Source of the DNA: an uncultured virus (IMG/VR IMGVR_UViG_3300025018_000159)
Lineage: Duplodnaviria > Heunggongvirae > Uroviricota > Caudoviricetes
IMG/VR virus record: IMGVR_UViG_3300025018_000159
Reading direction: 5' to 3' (one strand)
Length of the DNA stretch: 64,000 bases
In this document: positions 1 through 8,868 of the stretch, in pieces
Layout: every line of letters starts with the position of its first letter
Numbering within the stretch: the stretch's first letter is position 1
Program-made: the position numbers and the translations under genes
The notes under the pieces: model-generated
What the model was told of the DNA's origin: nothing
The model's database searches: none
Seen by the model: the letters and a program-made list of their open reading frames with translations, nothing else

Positions 1-164
1 TCTGCTGCTGACCTTACTGCTGACCATGCTGCTGACCATGCTGCTGACTCTGCTGCTGACCTTACTGCTGACCTTGCTGCTGACCTTGCTGCTGACCTTA
101 CTGCTGACTCTGCTGCTGACCTTGCTGCTGACCATGCTGCTGACCTTGCTGCTGACCATGCTGC
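1..164. repeat. 12-bp tandem repeat (variants of CTGCTGACCTTG/CTGCTGACCATG) encoding tetrapeptide repeats on the - strand
   Basis: About 13 imperfect 12-bp units are directly visible. Confidence 0.95.
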
Positions 165-650
165 CGCTTCCGGCTCCTCACCACTCACCGCCTGCCGCAG
201 CAGCGTAATCGTATTCTGGATCGCGGTGACAATTCCCGGAAACTCATCGTGAGCGACCTGTGTGATCTGTCTCTCCAACCAGAAAATCTGGAATTGGTCG
301 CGGACAACTTCAAGTTGACGTTTACTGATGCCTACCTCAACGGCTTCTAAAAGCTCCAGCGGAAACGCCGTGGCTTCGTCAACGGGCAGGGTCTCGAAGA
401 GGTGATCCTCCAAGCGTGCGAGCCACTCAGGCAAACCGAGTTCTATTTCGTAGCGGTCGTGCTGACCTTCAGGAAGTTCAAGGGTGCAGCCTACGGCGCA
501 GCCTTTTCCGTCTCTCCAGTATCCAAAGCCTTGAACAAGGCCGTCGGCGATTTGGTGTTGGCGAACACGTTCGACGTATTTGGCCTTGATTGCGGGGTCT
601 CCGTGGTAGGAGACGAATGTGGTGTTATTGTTGTTATTGCTATTTTTCAT
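1..650 (-). CDS. Phage hypothetical protein with C-terminal AAWS/AARS/AAES repeats (partial, runs off left edge)
   Basis: Hand translation from ATG at 650: MKNSNNNNNTTFVSYHGDPAIKAKYVERVRQHQIADGLVQGFGYWRDGKGCAVGCTL...EEPEAAAWSAARSAAWSAARSAAES..., open to position 1. Absent from the ORF track because there is no stop in the window. Confidence 0.85.
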   Translation of the reverse strand, partial: MKNSNNNNNTTFVSYHGDPAIKAKYVERVRQHQIADGLVQGFGYWRDGKGCAVGCTLELPEGQHDRYEIELGLPEWLARLEDHLFETLPVDEATAFPLELLEAVEVGISKRQLEVVRDQFQIFWLERQITQVAHDEFPGIVTAIQNTITLLRQAVSGEEPEAAAWSAARSAAWSAARSAAESAVRSAARSAARSAVRSAAESAAWSAAWSAVRSAA

Positions 651-675
651 TTTCGTATCAGGTTATAGTGTAATT

Positions 676-1245
676 TCAGATAAGCTTCCCACCCAGCTCC
701 ACAGCCAGTTCACAGGCACTCTCGAAGCTATCGCAATCCGCGATGCAGCGAACAGTTCCGGCACGGTAGTGGCCGTAGACCGACCAGCAGACCGATTCCA
801 GCTCCGGCTCTTCGAGACTGTAATCGTCTGTGAGCTGTTCGCAAAACTCGTTGCCAATCCCGTCCACGTAGGTGCCCACAGTCCGCACCTCGAACACGTC
901 GAAGGCACTTTCAGCGGGTGCCGTATAGTCGGCTTTTTGTGGAGTTGTCAGAACAAGCTTGGCCGCTTCCAGCTCCGCCACGGTGAAGATGTCCTTGAGG
1001 GCTTTCGCTGGACAGTCTGCGATGCGGTGTGGACTTGTGACAGACAGGTGCGATGGAGGTACGATATACTTTCCGTCGGTCTGGAAGTCAATTACGTCCC
1101 CTTCCTTAGGCAGAGTCTCAGACCCGTAAGCTTGCTTGAGGATTTCCCAAGCCTCGCCGTCAGCCGCCACAATGACGATCTGCTTATAGCCGAAGCTGTT
1201 GGTGTTGCTGCTTACAGCTACTACTTTGAATTGTTTTGTTTTCAT
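676..1245 (-). CDS. Hypothetical early protein
   Basis: 189-aa ORF, first gene after the promoter/leader at 1276-1461, co-oriented with neighbours. Confidence 0.8.
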   Translation of the reverse strand: MKTKQFKVVAVSSNTNSFGYKQIVIVAADGEAWEILKQAYGSETLPKEGDVIDFQTDGKYIVPPSHLSVTSPHRIADCPAKALKDIFTVAELEAAKLVLTTPQKADYTAPAESAFDVFEVRTVGTYVDGIGNEFCEQLTDDYSLEEPELESVCWSVYGHYRAGTVRCIADCDSFESACELAVELGGKLI

Positions 1246-1275
1246 GTTGTCCGATTTAGTTCGATTTTTAAAAGG

Positions 1276-1394
1276 TGGGGTGTGGCTTTTATTCGTGGCG
1301 CAGGATGAATCGCTACTTCATCGACTCACCTGTTAGATGCTGGTCGCTCTGCTCTGAGCTACTGCGCTTTTATTACCACACCCCATTAGGGGTG
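1276..1394 (-). ncRNA. tRNA-like cloverleaf (1296-1368) enclosed by an 11-bp outer stem, in an operon leader
   Basis: Minus strand: AGCGCAG TA GCTC AGAGCA GAGC G ACCAG CATCTAA CAGGT GAGTC GATGAA GTAGCGA TTCATC CTGCGCC A, flanked by TGGGGTGTGGT...GCCACACCCCA. Confidence 0.6.
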
Positions 1395-1433
1395 CCCTGT
1401 TTCTGGTGGGGCTTACCGTCTGGCGATGAACAC

Positions 1434-1461
1434 AAGTTACCCTATTCAGCTAACTGGTCAA
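1434..1461 (-). promoter_or_regulatory. Putative sigma70-type promoter
   Basis: TTGACC-N16-TAACTT with an A-rich upstream tract. Confidence 0.55.
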
Positions 1462-1826
1462 CTATTTTCTACACTATTTTTCACTTTGATCCCCAGCCCT
1501 TTGTTTCCAAGGGTTCCGGGTTGAACTACTGGGTTTGTAGTAGGTGGATTCTCGGCTTCATGTTTCCTAATCAGGAACCGGGCAAACCCTTCCCAGTGCC
1601 ATCCCCCATCCAAGCACACCCGGTTCTGGCACCCGGCCACAGGTTCAACCCTGCCGCCTTTCCCGGCCTTGGCCACAACGCTGCCGCCCACCAGCCCGAA
1701 CGCGGAGGCGAGTCTGGAGGCACTGAGCTTCGGCGCACGCCTCGGTTCCCATGCACCGCGCTTCGGCGGTTCCGGGCTGTAGGGGAAGCGTTTGGAGTAG
1801 GCTCGGGATTTGTGGTCAACCTTCAT
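1458..1826 (-). CDS. Hypothetical basic protein
   Basis: ORF MKVDHKSRAYSK... overlapping the stop of the upstream gene; the correct frame is uncertain. Confidence 0.35.
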   Translation of the reverse strand: MKVDHKSRAYSKRFPYSPEPPKRGAWEPRRAPKLSASRLASAFGLVGGSVVAKAGKGGRVEPVAGCQNRVCLDGGWHWEGFARFLIRKHEAENPPTTNPVVQPGTLGNKGLGIKVKNSVENS

Positions 1827-2031
1827 CAACATCACCCCCGTGCTGAAGTGCGACCACGCACCGTGCGGCAATCACATGCCCGTGCGCCAGCAGATACTCC
1901 TCGGCTTCGAGCAGGGCGTGGTAACGGGCTTCGTCGAGGGCGTCAACTACTGCACCTTCCGTAGGTGTGTCGGTGCCCAGTTTTTCTGCGGCGATGAATA
2001 GGTTGGATGCTAGTTGGTGGTGGTGGGTCAT
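1816..2031 (-). CDS. Hypothetical protein
   Basis: MTHHHQLASNLF...; ATGA overlap with the upstream gene. Confidence 0.65.
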   Translation of the reverse strand: MTHHHQLASNLFIAAEKLGTDTPTEGAVVDALDEARYHALLEAEEYLLAHGHVIAARCVVALQHGGDVDEG

Positions 2032-3212
2032 GGGTTTGACAGGATGTGGATCTTTGCAAGCTTCGCTTTCGCGTCCAAAATCCACGGCAGGATCGCCGGG
2101 TGAATTTTCTGACCAAGGGTAAGGCCGATGGCTTCGCCCACAGCTTGACAGTCCCATTCGGATTCCACGGCGAGGGCGTCACGTTTCCAACGTGCCAGCG
2201 CGTCGGTGTTTTTCTTCAGCCCTACGTTGCGTTTGAGGAGCCTCCTGTTTTCAGCGCGAAGCTCCTCCACCTTGTGATGGTAGTCCTTCGCCAGTTCCTT
2301 GGTGAAGAGTTCCACAGGCTCGACGGGTCGTCTCCAGATGTCGCCGGGAAGGAGGGACAGCCTCTCGCCAACCACAAATGTGCCTTTCGCCCAGCCGTGC
2401 TCTTCGAGATAGGCATCTCCGTCGAGGATCGTCTCCCCCTCCTCCAGCATGCGGTATTTCCCGCCTTCGGTGTGGTCGATCTTTTCGGCGCGGAAGACGA
2501 CGCAGTTTTCGTAACCGGACGACAGATACTCGCGATCCCAAACATGGGTGCCGCGCGATTTCATCAGAGTGATGTGTTCCTGATCCACGGGGTAATGCCC
2601 CGTCATGTCCTGCCTCACCCACTCGCACCCTTCCGGGGGCGCGGGTTTCTCAGGCCACTCCGATTCCGGGGGCGGGTATGCGGCGGGTTCCGTAACGCAG
2701 GGAATTTGCAACGTGGCGAGTTCGGACTTCAGTTTGGTAATCTCTGCTTCCAGCTTCTCGATCTCGGACTGGTCGCAGGTCAGGTCGTTCCTGTCATCGG
2801 GCAGCGGGGGTAGGGGGTTTTTGTCGGGGTTGCACGCCCACAAATACACCTGTTTCCAGAACTTGCCACCTTCCGGGGTATCCGCCCACCTGAAAGCCGC
2901 TGGGATCGTGTGGTGGAGAGACGTTTCTAGGCCGTCCGGTCTCGTGCAGTTCGCCAATGCCCGCTCGCGGTATCCGTCCGGCAGGGTTTCGAGCCACTGC
3001 TTCACGGTCTTCGGGGCGGGGACGGCTTCCCAGTAGTGGTGGTCTGGGCACCCTGACGCACAGTTCGTGCGGAATGTGAAACCCGTAAGTGACCTGTCAG
3101 TGTAACATATCGCTGTGTCAGCTTTTCGGAACCCCCTCCCCCGGTATTCCCACCTCATGCCTGCGGGAGGTTCTAGCAATTCGACGTTCGGTTCGTTCTC
3201 GTTTGTTTTCAT
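2028..3212 (-). CDS. Modular phage hypothetical protein (Trp-rich small domains and coiled coils)
   Basis: Start MKTNENEP at 3212; contains motifs WLETLPDGYRERALAN, FRWADTPEGGKFW and YRMLEEGETILDGD. Confidence 0.8.
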   Translation of the reverse strand: MKTNENEPNVELLEPPAGMRWEYRGRGFRKADTAICYTDRSLTGFTFRTNCASGCPDHHYWEAVPAPKTVKQWLETLPDGYRERALANCTRPDGLETSLHHTIPAAFRWADTPEGGKFWKQVYLWACNPDKNPLPPLPDDRNDLTCDQSEIEKLEAEITKLKSELATLQIPCVTEPAAYPPPESEWPEKPAPPEGCEWVRQDMTGHYPVDQEHITLMKSRGTHVWDREYLSSGYENCVVFRAEKIDHTEGGKYRMLEEGETILDGDAYLEEHGWAKGTFVVGERLSLLPGDIWRRPVEPVELFTKELAKDYHHKVEELRAENRRLLKRNVGLKKNTDALARWKRDALAVESEWDCQAVGEAIGLTLGQKIHPAILPWILDAKAKLAKIHILSNP

Positions 3213-3297
3213 ATTTGTTATTGTTGAGATTAAAAAGGCCACCCGTAGGCAAGCCACAGGAGGATTAGGAATAGGATTGCTGTTTTCATTGCTTGTT

Positions 3298-3513
3298 TCA
3301 GTAAGGGGTCAAGATACTTCCCGCCCCAAGGTCAACCAGATCATGGCGGATCTCGTCAACCTCGATGATCGTGACGGACTGGCAATCTCTGGCTTTGGCG
3401 TTGCTGAGGTGCTTTCGGATTGTGGATATGGCAGGTTTCCCCTTGGTTGCAATCCTTGCAAAGTATCCGGTGAAGCTAGTTCTAACTATGGTTATGGTGT
3501 GTGCTGTTTTCAT
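3298..3513 (-). CDS. Hypothetical protein
   Basis: 71 aa; AACGACAAC immediately upstream of the ATG. Confidence 0.7.
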   Translation of the reverse strand: MKTAHTITIVRTSFTGYFARIATKGKPAISTIRKHLSNAKARDCQSVTIIEVDEIRHDLVDLGAGSILTPY

Positions 3514-3533
3514 GTTGTCGTTAGTGAGAGTTT

Positions 3534-3890
3534 TCAGCCCGAGCAGATGTCGGAATGCAGGAGGAGGGCAACGTCACCTTCATCCCAGCTTTTGCCCACG
3601 TCCGGCAGGATCTCACGGGAAGTGCTCCCGTAGGCTCCTGTGATCTCCACGGGGAGATTCCCCAGTCCGGCTTCCACGAGGCTGGTGAGATAGTCCCTCA
3701 GCCTCTCCACGGTCTTGACAGGCTCCTTGGCGAGCACGGCCACAGGCGCAAGCGAATAGTGGTCTTCGCCCTGAGGTGTGGCTGTGAAGATGGCACCCGC
3801 CCGGTCAACCACAAGATCGGTTGACCGTTCGAGGTGGCAGTAGGGGATTTCGGGGTGGACTGTATAGTGTAGGGGTTGGATCGTTTTCAT
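3534..3890 (-). CDS. Hypothetical protein
   Basis: Start MKTIQPLHY at 3890 after AACGACAAC; upstream TTGACC-N16-TAGTTT promoter-like element near 3916-3943. Confidence 0.7.
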   Translation of the reverse strand: MKTIQPLHYTVHPEIPYCHLERSTDLVVDRAGAIFTATPQGEDHYSLAPVAVLAKEPVKTVERLRDYLTSLVEAGLGNLPVEITGAYGSTSREILPDVGKSWDEGDVALLLHSDICSG

Positions 3891-3954
3891 GTTGTCGTTG
3901 TTTTGGTTACGCCCCAAACTAACCTCCCCCTCCAGCAGGTCAAGTATTTTCCGT

Positions 3955-4740
3955 TTATTTTTCTTCCCGATGTCTCTGCAAGACGACTTCCGTGACAACT
4001 TCCGCGCCCCAGCCGTCGCCTTCGTCCGGCACATACTCCTCGGTGAAGCGGAAAATGGCGTCCGGGTCTTCCACCACATCAGGCGGAAACTCCGCAGGGG
4101 GCAGAGGCTCGTCCGGCGCATAGGCCGCTTTCAGGGTCTCGCCCTTGGCGGTGATGCTCCATTTGGGTGCAGGCTCCCCTACTACAGATGCAGTAGTTTC
4201 CTCCCCCACCACAGGCCAGCTCTCCGGCTTTTCCGGCTCCTTTTGCTCCATCTCCCAGCCCCGCGCCTCCACCTTGACCCCCTGTCCCGGCACCTCCTCC
4301 CCCTCGTCTTCGAACGGAACGCCCAGTATCCGCTCCAGCTCCCCGGCTGTCAGCGCGATCTTCACGCCACCGTGACGACGAAGGCCGCAATCATGCAGTG
4401 TCCGCACCTCGTATAGCCTCTCCACCACTTTCTCCACCTCCTCAGCCGTGGCAAAGCACTTCCGCGCCTTGCATCGGTTCACCAGTGCCGACAACGGCAC
4501 ACGCTCCATCCGCTCGTCCACGGCAGCACCCTGCCAGCACTCCACGGGAAACTTGGCGGATCTCCGCTCAGGTTGCCTCCACTCGGCCATGCGCTCGAAC
4601 ATCATCCGCACCATCGCTTCCTGTTCGCTCTCGTCATGCACCACTTTTTCCTCAGGTGCGTAGCCCTTCTCACGGAGCAGCTTGAGTATCCTATCCAGTT
4701 TTTGTTCCAGTGTCATTTTCATTTTCGTTTTCATCCTCAT
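3955..4740 (-). CDS. Hypothetical protein with acidic C-terminus
   Basis: Long ORF coupled to the upstream gene by an ATGA overlap. Confidence 0.7.
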   Translation of the reverse strand: MRMKTKMKMTLEQKLDRILKLLREKGYAPEEKVVHDESEQEAMVRMMFERMAEWRQPERRSAKFPVECWQGAAVDERMERVPLSALVNRCKARKCFATAEEVEKVVERLYEVRTLHDCGLRRHGGVKIALTAGELERILGVPFEDEGEEVPGQGVKVEARGWEMEQKEPEKPESWPVVGEETTASVVGEPAPKWSITAKGETLKAAYAPDEPLPPAEFPPDVVEDPDAIFRFTEEYVPDEGDGWGAEVVTEVVLQRHREEK

Positions 4741-5060
4741 TGTCCCAGCATGTGGATAACCTGCGCCTCCCAAAGCCACATCCCGTCAAGGCGTGCGATT
4801 TTCTTGGTGACATTCCCGGCTTGGATGCTTCCCCCCATACCTTCCAGCGCCACGAGATTCCCGGCGACCACGGCAAACGCCTCAGCAAGCCTCTGCCGCG
4901 TCAGCTTTCTCTTCGGCACCCTCTTCGGCCTACTGAGCTTCACGTAGGCCGCTTCCGCCGCCTCACGGGCTTCCCTGCTATTGGGAAAGCGTTCGATGTA
5001 TGCCTTCAGCTCCTTACGCTCCAATGCCGCAGCGACCTGTTTTTTAGTCTTGCGTTTCAC
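4737..5060 (-). CDS. Hypothetical basic protein
   Basis: GTG start overlapping the previous stop (GTGA). Confidence 0.6.
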   Translation of the reverse strand: MKRKTKKQVAAALERKELKAYIERFPNSREAREAAEAAYVKLSRPKRVPKRKLTRQRLAEAFAVVAGNLVALEGMGGSIQAGNVTKKIARLDGMWLWEAQVIHMLGQ

Positions 5061-5407
5061 GCCCCGGCCTCCCTCACCACTTCCACGCCTGACCCACTCA
5101 GCTCCGAGACCACAAGCCCTGAATCCTCCAAAGCCCGGTCGATCTCTTCCCGGCTCGAAAAGCATCTTAACATCGAGGCCATGTTGATGAGCCTCGACTT
5201 CGGCACCACAGGCTCGTCGTTGCAGATCTCGTAGGGGAATTTGTAGTCCTGCCGCTTTTCAGGGGAGAAACCACACGCCTTGCGGAAGAGACGCATGATC
5301 TCCCCTGTCCGGTCGGCTTTCGCCCTTTCCGGGGATTTGGGTGGGACACGCCGCAATGAGGGCATGTTTTCCACGATGGCCAGAATTTCGTCGATTTGGT
5401 TTTCCAT
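5057..5407 (-). CDS. Hypothetical protein
   Basis: 116-aa ORF at the head of a coupled series; TTGACA upstream near 5440-5445. Confidence 0.7.
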   Translation of the reverse strand: MENQIDEILAIVENMPSLRRVPPKSPERAKADRTGEIMRLFRKACGFSPEKRQDYKFPYEICNDEPVVPKSRLINMASMLRCFSSREEIDRALEDSGLVVSELSGSGVEVVREAGA

Positions 5408-5894
5408 GTCGGCGGAGTAGTAACCGACTCCCGCAACGGTGTCAATTTTTATTTTATTGGGTTATGATGGGGAAGGATGGGGAAGGTTGGGGAATCCTTA
5501 TACTCCCCATATTTTCCTCTCTTGTCCTTGAATATATATAGCTTTAAAAGATTTATTTTTTACTATTCACCAAAACACTCGTTAGCGGGGGGGGGGACAG
5601 GCACGAAATTTTTGGAGTGGTTTTGCAGTGTGTGCGAGGGCACCCCGTCATTTTTGGTGTTTGGGTGTTTAGTAACTTGTAACTGTTTTAAAGCTTGTAG
5701 CTATCAGGAAAACTTTCAAGAATATGGGGAGTACTAGATTTCACAGGGTCTCCCCATGAGTGTTTTAGTAAAGTTGTAAAAGTTATTGGTGTTCAGATAA
5801 CCCTGAGGGCGGTTTTCAGGGTCGGAATCGGCTAAAGGGGCGAAATTCAGCCAAAGGGCTTGACACCGGGGGAGTCTGTGGTTTAGGAGAGGGC

Positions 5895-6551
5895 ATGGCT
5901 GGAGAAGTTAAATTGGAGGTTGAAGCAGGGCGTCAGCTCTATTTCTACGGGGAGGGGGATGGGAGGCGTATTCTGGGCGTGAGGGAGCTTGTGGAGAAGA
6001 CAGGGCTGCACGAGGACACGGTGAGGAAGTGGATCAAGGTGTGGTCTCGGGAGTTTGAAACCGCTCTGGCAAAGACAAGTCCACTCGGTCGGGGTCTGGC
6101 GCTAAGTGAGGAAGCAGAAAAGGAGAACCGTATCAACATAGAGTTCTACGCAGATCAAATCCGCCAACTCCGCTACAAACTCCGGATACACTCCGAAGTA
6201 GCCGAGAAACTGGAGGGAATCTGTGAAAACTTTAGCCTCAACACTGACAACGGAGACAAAGCACTCCAGTATTTTTCCACTTACCTTAACACGTTAGGTT
6301 CCATGACTAACCTACAAAACCAGCTCCTCAAACTGGAATCCCGCTGGAGCAAACTTTCCGGCGTGGAAGCTATTCAGGATATTGCCGTGACTTCAGAAAA
6401 GGAAGTGGCAAAAATTCTAGGCAAACAGAGAGGTGAGGATGCCAACAGGGAGACCGGGGCGAAGCCGAAGGACGCGACCCCAGCAGGCTTCTTCGCCAAC
6501 CGTGTCAAGAAAAACCTTGAGCGCGGGAACGTTGTGGACGAGGCCAAGTAG
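5895..6551 (+). CDS. Probable terminase small subunit (N-terminal HTH, helical body)
   Basis: HTH-like VRELVEKTGLHEDTVRKWIKVW followed by coiled coils; own TTGACA promoter at about 5860. The assignment is inferred from architecture. Confidence 0.5.
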   Translation: MAGEVKLEVEAGRQLYFYGEGDGRRILGVRELVEKTGLHEDTVRKWIKVWSREFETALAKTSPLGRGLALSEEAEKENRINIEFYADQIRQLRYKLRIHSEVAEKLEGICENFSLNTDNGDKALQYFSTYLNTLGSMTNLQNQLLKLESRWSKLSGVEAIQDIAVTSEKEVAKILGKQRGEDANRETGAKPKDATPAGFFANRVKKNLERGNVVDEAK

Positions 6552-6761
6552 TTTCGCCGGAGACCGGGGCGAAGTGTGTGGATCTGTGCTACTGGACTTG
6601 TAGTAGATCACGGTGAAATTCCCACGAAGGCGCGGGGGTTTTTAGGGTGGGCTGGTCTCGGGGGGTGTCCCTGAAACGCACGACGGGACTACCCTTTTCA
6701 GAGTAGTCCCGACAGTGGGCTGCCAATACCGCTTGTGCGGTTTTCTATGCGGTTTTCGGTC

Positions 6762-7058
6762 TTAGCCTTGCAGAGGGTAATCCAGCACCTTGTGCCAGTC
6801 GGTTGTTGACACTTCACTCCCGTTTAGGAAGGGCAGGCGCTTTTTCTGGTGAAAACCTGCCCCCGTGATCCCATTGATTCGTTCGCGGGTTGTCGGAGTG
6901 TTCCATCCTGCTAGAGTGGCATAAATCCCATCTTCCCGTTTATGGATAATACAGTTGCCGTGCAGATAGACAGACACGCCATCCGTGTGAGTGTTTCCAA
7001 CCGTTTTCGACTTACCCGCAAAAAATGCGGCCTTCACTTGCTTTGTCACTTGTCTCAT
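6762..7058 (-). CDS. Small phage early protein
   Basis: MRQVTKQVKAAFFAGK...VYLHGNCI...AGWNTPTTRERINGI, a motif pattern I recall from phage hypothetical proteins. Confidence 0.75.
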   Translation of the reverse strand: MRQVTKQVKAAFFAGKSKTVGNTHTDGVSVYLHGNCIIHKREDGIYATLAGWNTPTTRERINGITGAGFHQKKRLPFLNGSEVSTTDWHKVLDYPLQG

Positions 7059-7129
7059 ATTTTTAATGCCTTGCTGGCACCCGAAAAGCCCGCGCATGGC
7101 GGGCTTAGAGGTTTTGTATTGTGGATAGT

Positions 7130-7744
7130 CTAGCGACTATTCGCTGCCCTGAAAGCAGAATGGTTGCGCCTCCAATAGTTCCAAGTTAAAGCTTGGCATT
7201 CCGCCCCTGTCAAATCCAACCGCTTCCCGGCGAGAACATAAGCCTTGGAAACCTGTGCGTATTGTTTCGGCGTGCATGTTTCCCCAAGTCCGACAATCGC
7301 CAAGGAGTGGCGGTCTATTGTGACGGCAGACCCGTCGCCCGTCAAATTGCGGTAGAAAGATCTAACCTTATCCCCTCCCAAAACGTCTAGCGGCTTTTCA
7401 CCCGACAGGATACGGGCAGCTTTGTCACGATTGGCAAAGAATCCCGGCCCGGAAATGCCACTGTGAGGCGCATCGCCCCCGGCAATTAAGGCAAGGCCGT
7501 TTTGCAAGCTTGGCGGAGTATATTTAAGCTGGGAGTCCCAGCTATTTAGGGGGGAAAGTGCAGCGACAAATCCGGCAACCGTTCCGGGTTTCAGACAAAA
7601 ACCACGGTCTAGTTCATTGCACCACTGCCCGCTGTAGTCATACCATCGCGCATCTTGCGGAGCTTGCGGAGTTTCTATAGCTAAGACGGCGAGTTTGTAA
7701 ACCCTGTTGGCTAGGGCGGGGATATTTAGTTTTCGTGCTTTCAT
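7130..7744 (-). CDS. Conserved phage protein (DUF7178-like; possible HhH/glycosylase-like fold)
   Basis: Motifs WY, VAALSPLNSW, KVRSFYRNL, VTIDRH and QALTW. Confidence 0.65.
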   Translation of the reverse strand: MKARKLNIPALANRVYKLAVLAIETPQAPQDARWYDYSGQWCNELDRGFCLKPGTVAGFVAALSPLNSWDSQLKYTPPSLQNGLALIAGGDAPHSGISGPGFFANRDKAARILSGEKPLDVLGGDKVRSFYRNLTGDGSAVTIDRHSLAIVGLGETCTPKQYAQVSKAYVLAGKRLDLTGAECQALTWNYWRRNHSAFRAANSR

Positions 7745-7867
7745 TGCACGCCAAAGGGGCACGCTAGGTGCCCCAAAGGGTTTCTTGTTTAGTTAGCTAT
7801 CGCATACCGTAAAGGGCAAGCGTCCATGTTGCTATTGCTAGCACTGCGAAGAATAATGCAAGCTCCT

Positions 7868-8278
7868 TCATTTCGTTTGATGGTGAATCTCCAGCCATGA
7901 ATAGGCCGATTGGCGCGATTGGAGGTTCCCGCCCTTGGTTGCGGTTATTTCCAGACCTCCAAAACGTGCTTTGGTAGCTTTGAACTCCCAGTCTGGTCTG
8001 GATACCCGGCAAGCATTTTCATGGCATTGCACGTCACCTAAACCTTCAACGCAAGCAACAATGAAGCCGTTGACTGCGACCTGCCCTTGCTTTATCCAAT
8101 AGCGAAAAGCTGAATGCAGTTCTGTATTGGCTGGGATGAATGCAGTTGAACGATGTTCGCCCGAATGAATGACACAACCCGCTTTGGAAAAGTGAAATGA
8201 GCTGTCACGATCAAAGTTTCCTTTGGAAACCTTTTGATCTTGGAATGAGTCGGATTTAATAACCTCTAGTGAATACAT
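7868..8278 (-). CDS. Hypothetical protein
   Basis: 136-aa ORF in a tightly packed operon. Confidence 0.7.
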   Translation of the reverse strand: MYSLEVIKSDSFQDQKVSKGNFDRDSSFHFSKAGCVIHSGEHRSTAFIPANTELHSAFRYWIKQGQVAVNGFIVACVEGLGDVQCHENACRVSRPDWEFKATKARFGGLEITATKGGNLQSRQSAYSWLEIHHQTK

Positions 8279-8282
8279 ATTC

Positions 8283-8675
8283 TTAATTGTTTGGAGTTTG
8301 GATGAAATGCAGGGCGGTCTCTAGGTCTGAAGCGTATCCGTCAAACCCGGAAGCGTAGGAGTCTGGAATGACCTCCGGCGACTGCCACAACTCCGCGCAG
8401 AATGTATCATAAGGTGACTGCCCTATGAATCCGGCGACGGCAATGCAGTCCTGCCCTAACTCATTTGATACATGCACAAGATTTTCTTGCCAGCCGTTCG
8501 GCAATTCAACCTTGCAAGCAAGGCAATTTTCCACGCCATCTTCACTTACGCTCTTCACAATACGCGACGAAATGACTCGGAAGTCATGCACGTATAATTC
8601 ATTCAAAGCGGTTTCAGGCGTAATTTCCCCCAAGCTCTTGGAGCTTAGGCCGATATTTAGTTCTGCTATTTTCAT
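8283..8675 (-). CDS. Hypothetical protein (LNIGL...LGQDCIAV)
   Basis: 130-aa ORF, first gene after the 8719-8747 promoter. Confidence 0.75.
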   Translation of the reverse strand: MKIAELNIGLSSKSLGEITPETALNELYVHDFRVISSRIVKSVSEDGVENCLACKVELPNGWQENLVHVSNELGQDCIAVAGFIGQSPYDTFCAELWQSPEVIPDSYASGFDGYASDLETALHFIQTPNN

Positions 8676-8718
8676 GTTTTCTAGTTTTGGAGTTAACGCC
8701 TTTCTTGGCGACGGGCAA

Positions 8719-8747
8719 TAGATACAGTTTCAATTCGAGATAGTCAA
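8719..8747 (-). promoter_or_regulatory. Putative sigma70-type promoter
   Basis: TTGACT-N17-TATCTA with an AT-rich UP-like tract. Confidence 0.6.
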
Positions 8748-8780
8748 ATTTATTTTCACCTATTTTCAACTTTTGACTAA

Positions 8781-8797
8781 AGCAATACTCATGCCAA
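8781..8797 (-). promoter_or_regulatory. Sigma54-type -24/-12 element
   Basis: TTGGCATGAGTATTGCT matches TGGCA-N6-TTGC (GG-N10-GC). Confidence 0.5.
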
Positions 8798-8818
8798 TTT
8801 GTGAGCTAGTTTTTGTTT

Positions 8819-8868
8819 TAAACGAGTGCTTAGTTTCAAACTAGCGTTTAGATCAAGCGTATGTTTAG
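8819..8868. repeat. Three tandem imperfect palindromes YAARC-N4-YGYTTAG
   Basis: TAAACGAGTGCTTAG (8819-8833), CAAACTAGCGTTTAG (8837-8851) and CAAGCGTATGTTTAG (8854-8868). Confidence 0.7.

Noticed and set aside
1..164. CRISPR-like array
   Set aside because: Contiguous 12-bp coding repeats with no spacers.
26..208. + strand poly-(LLLT) ORF
   Set aside because: It is the antisense reading of the AAWS repeat; the real gene is on the - strand.
1296..1368. Functional tRNA-Arg(UCU) or amber suppressor
   Set aside because: No TTCRA loop, no D-loop GG, A at position 33 and an A1-C72 mismatch; reported as tRNA-like only.
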